DNA of 64,000 bases, from assembly GCA_034430595.1 (NCBI GenBank), contig DAOUEL010000078.1:285013-349012 (forward strand). The letters run 5' to 3'. The position numbers were made by a program, and so were the translations under genes. Source of the DNA: Anaerolineales bacterium (GTDB lineage: Bacteria > Chloroflexota > Anaerolineae > Anaerolineales > E44-bin32). Position 1 is the first letter of the stretch; every line of letters starts with the position of its first letter. Of this stretch, positions 8,263 through 17,860 are shown one piece after another. The notes beneath the pieces are model-generated. The model ran no database searches. It had not been told where the DNA came from and worked only from the letters and a program-made list of their open reading frames with translations.

Positions 8263-11200
8263 ATGACAATCCGCACTTGGATGGAACAAATTCGCGAGCG
8301 GCTGCCGGATTTTAGCCACCGGAAGACGCTCTCTGCTTCCCGCGTTCAGCCATCGGACACGAACATGCTGCTTGATCTGCGCCGGCTGCTCATCCACACT
8401 CATGATCGGTCCGAATTGATAAGTGAGGTTTGCCGCAGGCTGGTTGAAACCTACGGTTTCAGCGTTGCCATGCTTGAGTGGATGGACGAACAGGAACAGC
8501 CGCCTGCGCTTGCATCCTGCCGCCATGCCAGCGGCAGAGCGGGGCTGGCTGCACGCCTCGAGCCAGCCGGTGATTTATTCCCACTGGTGGCGGTGGTTCT
8601 TGCAAAGGGCGAGATTTTGTATGAACCCGATGCTGGGACTGTAGAAGAACCGCTGGCGGTCGCCGTCATTCCGCTACAACATGGAACCAGTGTGCTCGGT
8701 TGGCTGGGTGTAATTCAACCTGGCGAGGGCGGGATTCCTGAGGGCGAGCTTGCCGTACTGCAGACACTTGCCCTGGACTTGAGCGTTTCCATCCTGCATC
8801 AGATGCAACAAGAGAAACTGCAGCACCGCGTTGCAGAGGTCGAGGAACTTCACCAACTGTCGGGAATGATTATTTCAGGCGTTGAGCTGCCTGAGATGCT
8901 TTCAACACTGGTGGCGCGTGCTACGGAATTATTGGGTGGTGATGCGGGTGGGCTCTATTTAGCTGAGCCCGAGCATCGAATCATGCGTTGTGTGGTCAGT
9001 TATCAGACGCGAGCGGATTACACCGGCACAATCTTAAACTATGGCGAAGGTGCAGCCGGAAAAGTGGCCGAGAGCGGAAGCGCCCTCAAAATCGATGATT
9101 ACAGCCAGTGGGAAGGTCGGGCAAGCATTTTCGATGATGATCAGCCATTCCACGCGATCATCAGCGTGCCGCTGAAATGGGAAGGGCGACTCTGCGGCGT
9201 GATCCACGTGCTGCGTGACAAGAGCACGATTCCATTCAGCCACCAAGACCTGGAGCAGTTGACGTTCTTCGCTGATCAGGCCGCGGTCGTAGTCGAAAAC
9301 ATCCGCCTGTTGACCGACGTGCGCCAGCGTGTATGGCAGCTGGACCAGCTGAACCAACTGACACGTGATGCACTGCGGGCAGGGACCATGCATGAGCTGG
9401 TCCAGCTGGTCGCCGGGCACTTTACGGAACTCTTTCGAGGTGAAGAATGTGTCATCACGTTCTGGGACGCTGCTCGGCAAATTCCGGTCGCGGCCAAGCA
9501 AGGGGTGCTGGAGGAAAGATTTCAAAGGCTTGAAATCCAAGAAGGTGAACGAACCCTGACGCGCGCAGTGCTCGAAGCAGGGCATCCAATCGTTATCCAG
9601 GATCCAGCCCACAGCGAACTGATCTCTCGCCGGGTCGGCGAAATCTTCGAGGGCCGCATGGTTCTGGCGATGCCGATGATCTTCGATGCCGTTTGGTTCG
9701 GTGCGGCATTAGTGACGTTAGCAGAGGCGCGCACACTTACCAAGCTGGAGCTCCAATTAGCGGAACAAGCGGCGGGCCAGGTTGCCCTGGCACTGGCGAA
9801 AATGCAGTCATTGGACCGAGAACGCCTGCGTACCAGGGAACTGGAAGCGGTGCGTGAAGCCAGCCTGAGTGTTGCATCCAACCTGGAATTGACGACGGTC
9901 CTATCCTCAATTTTGACCAGCACACTCAGCCTGGTCGCGGCGGATGATGCTCATATCTTTCTCTATGATGGAAACGAACTCACGTTCGGCGCGGCACAGT
10001 CGGCAGATGGTTCCGCGGGCCAGGTTTATACCGAGATCCGGGAGAATGGCCTCACGTACACCGTCGCACGAAATGGCGAGCGGATGGTGATCTCCGATGT
10101 TGATCAGCACCCACTCTACGAGGGATGGAATTGGGGCGGCGCGATTGTCGGCCTGCCGTTGAAGTTTCGAGATCGAGTTGTGGGCGTGATGAATGTGGCG
10201 ATGCGGAAACCGCATCAGTTCGACGAAGCTGAACTGCGCGCGCTGGAACTACTTGCCGATCAAGCAGCTCTGATGATCCAGAATGCCAGCCTGTACGAGA
10301 ACGTCGTTAAAGAGCGGCGATCCGTCCAGCTCGTATACGGGTTAGCCCAGGAACTTGCTAACAGCCTGGACCAGTCCGAAATACTAGACCGTGCGATCGC
10401 GCTGACAAACGCCCATCTCGGCGCACGGGCTGGTGAGGCGTTCCTGCTCAACCAGGAGGACGGGTATCTCTACCTCAACGCTTCCTATCGTGACGACGAG
10501 CTGCCACGCTCGTTGCTCGAAGAGAAGCTCAGGTTGAAGTTAGGGGAAGGGGTGGTGGGCTGGGTGGCAGAACACCGGATGCCGGTGCTGATCGATGACG
10601 TGACGACGGATAAGCGCTGGCTCCCGATCCATGGTGTGGATGATGATGCCCGTTCGGCAGTCTGTGCCCCGTTAATCTCGGGAGGCGAGGTGCAGGGTGT
10701 GATCAGCTTCCTGCACCGTGAAGTTGGCATGTTCAACGTCGAGCATCTCGACCTGCTGATTGCAATCGCTCGCCAGGTAAGCCTGGCGCTCTCCAACGCC
10801 CGTCAGTACAGTCAAGTAAACCGCCGCCTGACGGAGTTAACCGTAGTTCGCCAGGTGATGGAAATTGTCAACCTGCGCTTGGAGATGAACGCGTTGCTGG
10901 ATGAGGTTGTCCATCAGGTGGGTGAGGTCCTCGGCTATCCAGTGGTCGAAGTCTATCTGGTTGAGGAGACCGATCTTGTGCTGGGGGCGGCCTTTGGCGG
11001 CCCACGCGATACCAGTGTCCACATTCCGATCAACCAGGGGATTATAGGTCGGGTGGTCCGGACGAGCCGGCCGTCTTTTGTGCCCAACGTGGAATATGAT
11101 GCTGATTACGTCGTCGGTTTGAACGAAACCCAGAGCGAGATCGCAGTGCCGCTCCACAAAGAAGGGGTGGTGATCGGGGTTTTAAACATCGAATCGCCGA

Positions 11201-12102
11201 TATTGGGGGCATTTTCGGAAGATGACGTACGCTTGCTCTCACTGTTGGCGGATCAATTAAGCATCGCGGTTGAGAACGCAGCGCTCTATGAGAGGCTTCG
11301 CCGGCACGCGGCCAACCTGGAAGAGACAGTGAATGCACGTACGGCGGAGTTGGAGCTTGCGCTGGAACAAGCCCGGGCGGCCGAGCAGCTGAAAAGCCAG
11401 TTTGTCTCGGATGTATCCCATGAACTCCGCACTCCGCTCAGCAACATCCGTCTTTACCTGGATCTAATGCGGCGCGGGAAGACGGAGCGCTACGAAACCT
11501 ACCTGCGCACATTAAATCGTGAAACGGATCGCCTGGTCGTTTTAATTGAGGACCTGCTCGCTATCTCGCGCATCGATGCCGGGAGCGTCGTTCCCTATCC
11601 AGTGCAGTTCGATCTGAACATGCTGGCACGCGGCCTGGTCGAAGACCGCCGCCGCTTGTTTGCCGATCGCGGCCTGGAACTGGAAGTCCTGCTCAATGAA
11701 CGCCTGCCGAAGGTCACTGCCGACGAGCGCATGATCTCACAGGTTGTAGCGAATCTCATGACGAATGCGCTCAACTACACCCCGGCCGGGGGTAAGGTCC
11801 GCTTGAAGACGCAGATCGAGCGTGATGAAAGTAACCAGGCATGGATAGTGTTGAGCGTGGCAGATGATGGCCTGGGAATTGAGAAAGACGAGCAGGAGCA
11901 CATCTTCGAGCGCTTCTACCGCGGCAACGCCAGCCGGAAGATGGGCACTCCCGGGACCGGGCTGGGGCTATCCATCTGCAAGGAGGTGGTTGAGCGGCAC
12001 GGTGGGCGCATTACATTGCAAAGTGCTCCCCAGCGGGGAAGTACATTTTTCGTCTGGCTGCCAACCTTGCAGGCAGATGGGATCGAATCAAAATCCGCGT
12101 AA
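8263..12102 (+). CDS. multi-GAF sensor histidine kinase (about six GAF repeats, HisKA, HATPase_c)
   Basis: 1279 aa. Roughly 1040 aa of repeated GAF-like units, with recurring endings such as FLADQAAVVVENIRL, LLADQAALMIQNASLY and LLADQLSIAVENAALY. Then the H-box SHELRTPL and the N/G boxes of the ATPase domain. Confidence 0.9.
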   Translation: MTIRTWMEQIRERLPDFSHRKTLSASRVQPSDTNMLLDLRRLLIHTHDRSELISEVCRRLVETYGFSVAMLEWMDEQEQPPALASCRHASGRAGLAARLEPAGDLFPLVAVVLAKGEILYEPDAGTVEEPLAVAVIPLQHGTSVLGWLGVIQPGEGGIPEGELAVLQTLALDLSVSILHQMQQEKLQHRVAEVEELHQLSGMIISGVELPEMLSTLVARATELLGGDAGGLYLAEPEHRIMRCVVSYQTRADYTGTILNYGEGAAGKVAESGSALKIDDYSQWEGRASIFDDDQPFHAIISVPLKWEGRLCGVIHVLRDKSTIPFSHQDLEQLTFFADQAAVVVENIRLLTDVRQRVWQLDQLNQLTRDALRAGTMHELVQLVAGHFTELFRGEECVITFWDAARQIPVAAKQGVLEERFQRLEIQEGERTLTRAVLEAGHPIVIQDPAHSELISRRVGEIFEGRMVLAMPMIFDAVWFGAALVTLAEARTLTKLELQLAEQAAGQVALALAKMQSLDRERLRTRELEAVREASLSVASNLELTTVLSSILTSTLSLVAADDAHIFLYDGNELTFGAAQSADGSAGQVYTEIRENGLTYTVARNGERMVISDVDQHPLYEGWNWGGAIVGLPLKFRDRVVGVMNVAMRKPHQFDEAELRALELLADQAALMIQNASLYENVVKERRSVQLVYGLAQELANSLDQSEILDRAIALTNAHLGARAGEAFLLNQEDGYLYLNASYRDDELPRSLLEEKLRLKLGEGVVGWVAEHRMPVLIDDVTTDKRWLPIHGVDDDARSAVCAPLISGGEVQGVISFLHREVGMFNVEHLDLLIAIARQVSLALSNARQYSQVNRRLTELTVVRQVMEIVNLRLEMNALLDEVVHQVGEVLGYPVVEVYLVEETDLVLGAAFGGPRDTSVHIPINQGIIGRVVRTSRPSFVPNVEYDADYVVGLNETQSEIAVPLHKEGVVIGVLNIESPILGAFSEDDVRLLSLLADQLSIAVENAALYERLRRHAANLEETVNARTAELELALEQARAAEQLKSQFVSDVSHELRTPLSNIRLYLDLMRRGKTERYETYLRTLNRETDRLVVLIEDLLAISRIDAGSVVPYPVQFDLNMLARGLVEDRRRLFADRGLELEVLLNERLPKVTADERMISQVVANLMTNALNYTPAGGKVRLKTQIERDESNQAWIVLSVADDGLGIEKDEQEHIFERFYRGNASRKMGTPGTGLGLSICKEVVERHGGRITLQSAPQRGSTFFVWLPTLQADGIESKSA

Positions 12103-12104
12103 AG

Positions 12105-13178
12105 TCAATCCAGGCCAAGCGTCTGGAAGATAACACTGCTGTTCACGTTCTCCTCCATCAGCTTCAGGAAGGTCTGTAATTTCTCCGGCTGCCCCAGCCT
12201 GGTTTTACCCAAAGCCTGCTCCATGCGCTCGACTGTCTCCATTGTGTTCTCTTTTACCAGCAGGATTGGGACGTTGAGCGCGTCGGCTTGCTGAATGATC
12301 AATGGACTGGGACGCAAGTTGCCAGTCAGGATCAAGACTACCGTTGAAGTTTCCAGCGCTGCCAGTTGAATGTCGGTACGGTCCCCGCCGGTCACGACTG
12401 CTTTATTTGGATAACGTCGGAAGCGGGAGAGCGCGGCGTCGGCTGTCATCGCACCGACAGTCAATCTCTCGGCCAATGCATCAGGATTCATGTTCTTTGT
12501 AAGGACTTCGGCCTCGAGCAGCGTGCACAACTCACCGACACTCAGCGCTGAGAGACGCGGGACGCTGGGCAGGCAGCCCAACACCGGGATGTCCTTCGAC
12601 TCGAGAAACGGCAGCACGTAATCCTGTACGAAAACGGCATCCTCGAGCGGAACCTGGTTCAGGATTACGCCCAAAAGCTGCTCACCCAACCGGAAACGAG
12701 ATGTGAGGACGTCATCTACAATGCGCATCTCGCCGCGGTACGGCACAACAACCAGGGCTGGCGCTCCGAGAGCTTCAGCTACGCGCAGGTTAGATAACCC
12801 GATTGCATACCCCTCACGCAGGCTGCTGCCACCTTCAAGCAGCAGGACGTCTATGCCCTTGCTGGCTTGCTGCGCGGCTTCCTCAATCAGAACCAGCTTG
12901 TCGTCCTGATCGAGCCCCTTCAGGCGTTCACGCAGTTGAGTTGAGGTGACGATGACCGGCGCGGCCTTCAGCGGATCACCCTTCAACCCGAGCGAATTGT
13001 GGACGAAAACTGCATCCTCATCGGCCAACTGACCGTCCGGTGTGCGCCAGGGCTGTGTGCTGACCGGCTTCAGATAACCCACTTTTAGACCACGGGCAAG
13101 GAACTGCTGGCCAAGAGCAAGGCAGACTGCCGTCTTGCCCGAATAAGGTTCGACCGAAGTGACGTATAACGCTTTCAT
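12105..13178 (-). CDS. phosphotransacetylase N-terminal-domain-like protein (P-loop-like AAA_26 plus DRTGG domain), no catalytic PTA domain
   Basis: N-terminus MKALYVTSVEPYSGKTAVCLALG and the later VVTGGDRTD motif. Length 357 aa. Its start overlaps the upstream ACS gene by 4 nt (13175-13178). Confidence 0.85.
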   Translation of the reverse strand: MKALYVTSVEPYSGKTAVCLALGQQFLARGLKVGYLKPVSTQPWRTPDGQLADEDAVFVHNSLGLKGDPLKAAPVIVTSTQLRERLKGLDQDDKLVLIEEAAQQASKGIDVLLLEGGSSLREGYAIGLSNLRVAEALGAPALVVVPYRGEMRIVDDVLTSRFRLGEQLLGVILNQVPLEDAVFVQDYVLPFLESKDIPVLGCLPSVPRLSALSVGELCTLLEAEVLTKNMNPDALAERLTVGAMTADAALSRFRRYPNKAVVTGGDRTDIQLAALETSTVVLILTGNLRPSPLIIQQADALNVPILLVKENTMETVERMEQALGKTRLGQPEKLQTFLKLMEENVNSSVIFQTLGLD

Positions 13179-15331
13179 GAACCACTCCCTGATGAGTTAT
13201 GGGCTATGCGCGACGGGTCCGCAGGATTGGATTTTAGAATCAGCCGCATATCGAGCGCCGTTCCACCCTGACCGGATTCGTAAACCATGAATGGATTGAT
13301 GTCCAGCTCACTGATTTCGGGGAAATCCAGCACCAGCTGTCCGATGCGGAGCAGCGCCTCGATCAATACCTGCTTGTCCACAGGGGGCTCTCCGCGGACA
13401 CCGTCGAGCAGGGCGCTGGCGCGCAGCTCACTCAACATCTCGGCTGCTTCTGTGCGGCTGAAGGGCGCGATCCGGAAGGATGCATCCCGCAGCGTTTCGA
13501 CATAAATGCCTCCCAGGCCGAAGGTGACCAGCGGGCCAAACTGTGGATCACGGTTCATTCCAATCAAGATCTCGAGACCGGAGGGGACCATCTTCTGAAC
13601 CAGGCAGCCCCATAAGCGGGCTTCTGGCAGATAACGCTGGGCGCGGTACGTGATCAGATCGAAGGCATCGCGCACGTCGCTGGCGTTCTCCAACCCAACC
13701 TTTACGCCACCGACATCGGTCTTGTGCAGGATATCGGGTGAGGCAACTTTCAGGACAACCGGATATCCCATAGCGCTGGCGAACTCGACAGCTTGATCCG
13801 GCGTTTCAGCCAATTCTGATGGCGGGATGGTCAACCCGTAAGCCGTGAGAATTGAGCGAGCTTCCGAGTCGCCGATCGATACCCGTCCCTCCCGCTGAAC
13901 CCGGTCAAGGATCTCCCGCACCGCTTCACGGTTTACATCGAAAGTCTCAAAACTGGGCGGGGGCTCAGATTGAATGCCGCGGAAGCGGCTCATGCCCTTC
14001 AAGACCATCGCGGCTCGTTCCGGGAAGGCGAAATTAGGCACCTCGCGAGCATCGAGCACGCGATTGCCCTCGCTCACTCGCGCTTCACCCATGAAGCAGG
14101 CCAGAACTGGCAGGTCGGTCTTGTCTGCCACGTCGGCGATCACCTGCGCCGTCGCCACAATCTCGGTCATCGCTTGCGGAGTAAGGATCACCAGCACCGA
14201 ATCAACGTGGGGATCCTGGACGACCTGCTCCAGCGCGTACTTGTAACGATCGGCGCGGGCATCGCCCAGGACATCGACTGGATTCGCGGCGCTGGCCGCG
14301 TCCGGCAGGAACTGCTCGAGAACATGGATGCATTCGGGGTCAAAGCGTGAGAGCTGCAGTCCGGCTTTCTCAAGTGCATCCGTCGCCAGGATCCCCGGCC
14401 CGCCAGCATTGGTTACGATCGCCACCCGGTCACCCATCAGCGGTGGCAGGTAGCCGAAGCCCAGGGCGTAGTCAAATAAGTCTTGCAGAGATTCGGCGCG
14501 GATTACACCCGATTGCCGGAAGGCCGCTTCATAGGCTTGTTCCGATCCAGCCAGCGAGCCGGTGTGGGAGCTGACTGCCCGCGAGCCGGCCTGGGTCACG
14601 CCGGACTTGAGTGCCACCACCGGTTTGGTCCGGGTCACCTGCCGGGCAACACGAATAAACTCTTCTCCATCCGGCAGGCCCTCGATGTAGGCCAGGATCA
14701 CTTTGGAGGAGGGATCGGAACCCCAGATTCGCAGCAGGTCAATTTCGTTCACATCCGCCTTGTTGCCTAGCGAGACGAACTTGTTGATTCCGAGCCGCCC
14801 GGCTTGCGCCCAGTCGAGGATGGCTGTTCCGAGCGCACCCGACTGGGACATGAAATCCATTGGGCCACCTGGCGGCAAACCGGCAGAAAAGCTGGCATTC
14901 AGCGGGGTCAGGGTATCGATCACGCCCAGGCAGTTCGGACCGACGAGGCGGATGTTAAACTCATGGGCGATCTCGATCAATTCCTGCTCGCGTTCGAGTC
15001 CCTCCATGCCGGCCTCACGAAAGCCTGCACTGATCACGATCACGTTTGGAATGCTCTTTTCGCCACATTCCCGCAGAGCCTCCGGGACGTGAGTGAAGGG
15101 GATCACGATAACGGCCAGGTCGATCGGCCCTTCGACATCCTTCACCGATGGATAGGCGGGTAGGTCGAGAATTGATTCCGCGCCGGGGTTGATCGGGTAA
15201 ACTCTGCGCTCGGCCGTCAGGTAACCTCCGTTCACAAGGTTATTGAGTACGGCATAGCCCAATTTCTCGGGATGGGTTGAGGCTCCGACCACAGCAACGG
15301 AGCGGGGCGTGAAGAATCCGTCAAGCGACAC
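13175..15331 (-). CDS. ADP-forming acetyl-CoA synthetase (acetate--CoA ligase, fused alpha/beta)
   Basis: 718 aa. Starts with a CoA-binding region (PRSVAVVGAS...), then a succinyl-CoA-ligase-like middle (SQSGALG, SHTGSLAG) and a C-terminal ATP-grasp domain. Confidence 0.92.
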   Translation of the reverse strand: MSLDGFFTPRSVAVVGASTHPEKLGYAVLNNLVNGGYLTAERRVYPINPGAESILDLPAYPSVKDVEGPIDLAVIVIPFTHVPEALRECGEKSIPNVIVISAGFREAGMEGLEREQELIEIAHEFNIRLVGPNCLGVIDTLTPLNASFSAGLPPGGPMDFMSQSGALGTAILDWAQAGRLGINKFVSLGNKADVNEIDLLRIWGSDPSSKVILAYIEGLPDGEEFIRVARQVTRTKPVVALKSGVTQAGSRAVSSHTGSLAGSEQAYEAAFRQSGVIRAESLQDLFDYALGFGYLPPLMGDRVAIVTNAGGPGILATDALEKAGLQLSRFDPECIHVLEQFLPDAASAANPVDVLGDARADRYKYALEQVVQDPHVDSVLVILTPQAMTEIVATAQVIADVADKTDLPVLACFMGEARVSEGNRVLDAREVPNFAFPERAAMVLKGMSRFRGIQSEPPPSFETFDVNREAVREILDRVQREGRVSIGDSEARSILTAYGLTIPPSELAETPDQAVEFASAMGYPVVLKVASPDILHKTDVGGVKVGLENASDVRDAFDLITYRAQRYLPEARLWGCLVQKMVPSGLEILIGMNRDPQFGPLVTFGLGGIYVETLRDASFRIAPFSRTEAAEMLSELRASALLDGVRGEPPVDKQVLIEALLRIGQLVLDFPEISELDINPFMVYESGQGGTALDMRLILKSNPADPSRIAHNSSGSGS

Positions 15332-15448
15332 GGGCGCAACTCCAGATGTACCGATCCAACGCTTAGTCTATCGCAGATGTTTCGAGCTGGATACGGATGA
15401 CGTTCACGGCCTTAGCGGATGTTTGTCGTATTCCAAAGAGGGTTTGGT

Positions 15449-16108
15449 CTAAAGCAGCTCTTCCAATCGTAGCTGAGCTACGGGCCGATACGACTGGCGA
15501 TGGACCGGCGACGGTCCGAGTAGATGCAAGGCGTGCCGGTGCATTGCAGTCCCATAGCCCTTGTTATGGTCGAAGCCATACCCCGGAAAGATGCCGTCGA
15601 TGGAGCGCATGAGATGGTCACGGCTGACCTTGGCGATAATCGATGCGGCTGCAATCGATAACACCCGAGCGTCGCCGTGCGGCAATGCGGTCTGGTGCAC
15701 GTGCATCTCAGGCAGCAGGATGTAATCCAGCAGCAGGAACTCGACCGGGATTCCCAGGCCGTGCAACGCCCGCCGCATGGCTGTCCGTGTGGCCGGTAAA
15801 AGGCCACATTGATCGATCTCCAGGGCGCTTGCCGCCCCGACGCCGATGGCGGTAGCCACGGAATGGATCCGTTCTGCCAGCACTTCGCGCTCTGGCTCAC
15901 GCACAAGCTTGGAATCGCGCACGCCTTTCAATCTGCGGGCCAGATCGCGGTGTTCTAATGGCAATACTACCGCTGCGGCTACGACCGGGCCGGCCCAGGC
16001 GCCGCGTCCGGCCTCATCCAGGCCAGCAATGCACTCCATCCCGGCCTTATAAAGTGCTTTTTCAAGCTCAAGCCCGGGCAGTGCGTGGAAGTTATTCCGG
16101 GGGGTCAT
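15449..16108 (-). CDS. rnhB: ribonuclease HII
   Basis: IAGLDEAGRGAWAGPVVAAAVVL motif and the DSKLV motif. The start is trimmed to the ATG at 16108 (MTPRNNF...). The longer listed ORF would run deep into the upstream gene. Confidence 0.92.
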   Translation of the reverse strand: MTPRNNFHALPGLELEKALYKAGMECIAGLDEAGRGAWAGPVVAAAVVLPLEHRDLARRLKGVRDSKLVREPEREVLAERIHSVATAIGVGAASALEIDQCGLLPATRTAMRRALHGLGIPVEFLLLDYILLPEMHVHQTALPHGDARVLSIAAASIIAKVSRDHLMRSIDGIFPGYGFDHNKGYGTAMHRHALHLLGPSPVHRQSYRPVAQLRLEELL

Positions 16109-16820
16109 ACCGTCCACGCAGGCTGTTGAGGCGAATGCGGAAGAGATCGGCCAGCATCTGCAGCGAATCACGGAAGATCCTGACCCGGCTTCCGGCGCGG
16201 TAGTACCAGGGAATCGGGATCTCGAGCACCCGATAGCCGCGTCGAAGAGCTACGAAGAGCAGTTCCACGTCGAACGTCCAGCCGTCGATCGTCTGAACCC
16301 GGAAAAGATCATCAGCGACCTGCGCCCGGAAGCATTTGAAGCCGCACTGTGTATCCTGGATGCCAGGGAGCGTAATCGTACGCACCATGAAATTAAAGAT
16401 CCGGCCGATGAAGTGGCGGTAGGCCGGTTCTCCAAAGCGCTGGGCGCCTGGAACCTCCCGTGAGGCGATGGCGATGTCGTACTCGGGAGCGCTGGGTGGT
16501 AGGAAGCGGAGCACCTCCTCGATCGGCATCGAGAGATCTGCATCGCAAATGAAACGGTACTCGCCCTGCGCGTGCAGCATTCCACGCCGGACGGCCAATC
16601 CTTTTCCGGCGGGCGTCTCCTGCAATACATGGACGCTTGAGTGCTGGCGGGAGAACTCCTCCGCCAGGTATAACGTGCGATCTGAACTGCCATTTTCAAC
16701 GACGAGAATTTCGCCTTCGAAGTCCTGCTGCTGCAAAAAGGACCATACCTGCTCGAGTGTCCATGGCAGGCGGCTTTCTTCGTTGTGAGCAGGGATGACG
16801 ATTGATAGGAGAGGATGCAA
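16092..16820 (-). CDS. family 2 glycosyltransferase (polyprenol/dolichol-phosphate glycosyltransferase-like)
   Basis: SIVIPAHNEESRL...ILVVENGSSDRT...CDADLS are typical GT2 (GT-A fold) motifs. 242 aa. Confidence 0.88.
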   Translation of the reverse strand: MHPLLSIVIPAHNEESRLPWTLEQVWSFLQQQDFEGEILVVENGSSDRTLYLAEEFSRQHSSVHVLQETPAGKGLAVRRGMLHAQGEYRFICDADLSMPIEEVLRFLPPSAPEYDIAIASREVPGAQRFGEPAYRHFIGRIFNFMVRTITLPGIQDTQCGFKCFRAQVADDLFRVQTIDGWTFDVELLFVALRRGYRVLEIPIPWYYRAGSRVRIFRDSLQMLADLFRIRLNSLRGRYDPPE

Positions 16821-16845
16821 CGGAGATTCCTGCTACGCGGCGCAA

Positions 16846-17718
16846 TCAGCTGTACACGGTATTGGCCAGTACGACCATGATCATGACCGCGAGGACAAGG
16901 ATTTCGAAGAACACCATCACGGCCAGCAGGATCGTCTGCTGCCGTGTGAAGGGTAAACGCCGGACTCCCAGGGAGCGCTCCTTGCGAGGTGTGAGCGCCG
17001 AAGAATCGCCGGCATAGAAGGCACCCTGCTCGAGGGTCGATGGCTCCGGAAGATCGATCGGCGCGACGGGTCGTGGCTTGGCTTCCGGCTCAGGTGCGGG
17101 GCGCTCCTCGATCGGAGCAGGCGGCGGTTTGGTAAGCATCGCAGCCAGTTCGTTGATGTCGTCCTGATCCATCAGTGGCTGGTTTTCCAGCATTTTCGAG
17201 GCAAAGCGATCGATCGCGTCAGCCTGCACGATGCGGACGGAGGGTGTCTGGGTATCGATGTGGGTGCGCGCGTTGGTGAAGATGATCACCGGCTCGACTT
17301 CAGGTACGTCGTAGCCCTTGCCGCGTAAATAACTTTGTACGAGTTCGGCGAGTGAACTGACCTCGGTCAGGATGTTGGGCCGGGCTGGTGAGAAACGCTG
17401 CGTGCCTCCCCCGCCATATTTAAGCCAGTCCTCGCCCTTCGCCCGGAAAACACCGCTCAGAGGGCTGGGGTGCACGACCCAGATTCCTTGTGGGCTGAGC
17501 ACGATCATCGGGATGCTGATCGTCGTTCCGGCGAGCATCAAATTCGTGATCGCCACATGTTCAGGACCCAGGGTACGCGAGAGCATCTCGATCGCCTGGT
17601 CCTGAGCCTGCATATCGTTGTACCAGCGCAGCCCATGGCGCAGGCTGCCCTTGATCCTGTTCTCAAGGGTGATCTCGCCATCTTTATCTCGAAACTCTGA
17701 GAGTTCGATGTGTCTCAT
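16846..17718 (-). CDS. NERD-like domain protein with Pro-rich linker and C-terminal TM anchor
   Basis: The N-terminal roughly 190 aa resemble the NERD layout (...VAITNLML...IPMIVLSPQGIWVVHP...). The C-terminus has PPPAPIEERPAPEPEAKPRP followed by a hydrophobic helix. The start was chosen at the ATG at 17718, which has a GGGAG SD. Confidence 0.55.
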   Translation of the reverse strand: MRHIELSEFRDKDGEITLENRIKGSLRHGLRWYNDMQAQDQAIEMLSRTLGPEHVAITNLMLAGTTISIPMIVLSPQGIWVVHPSPLSGVFRAKGEDWLKYGGGGTQRFSPARPNILTEVSSLAELVQSYLRGKGYDVPEVEPVIIFTNARTHIDTQTPSVRIVQADAIDRFASKMLENQPLMDQDDINELAAMLTKPPPAPIEERPAPEPEAKPRPVAPIDLPEPSTLEQGAFYAGDSSALTPRKERSLGVRRLPFTRQQTILLAVMVFFEILVLAVMIMVVLANTVYS

Positions 17719-17835
17719 GCTGCTCCCTGCCCGTTCTCCCGATTCGATGCCCGACTTTAAGAACCATCGGCCGGAACTTACGCCCATTATATTCTAGACA
17801 GGGGCCGGGACAAGCGCTGATCGTAGATGTGCGGA

Positions 17836-17841
17836 TATAAT
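17836..17841 (+). promoter_or_regulatory. candidate -10 box TATAAT upstream of the NfeD-like gene
   Basis: A perfect TATAAT lies 20 nt upstream of the ATG at 17861, and an AGAGGAAG SD follows it. No clear -35 was seen. Confidence 0.3.
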
Positions 17842-17860
17842 CGAGGCAGAAAGAGGAAGA

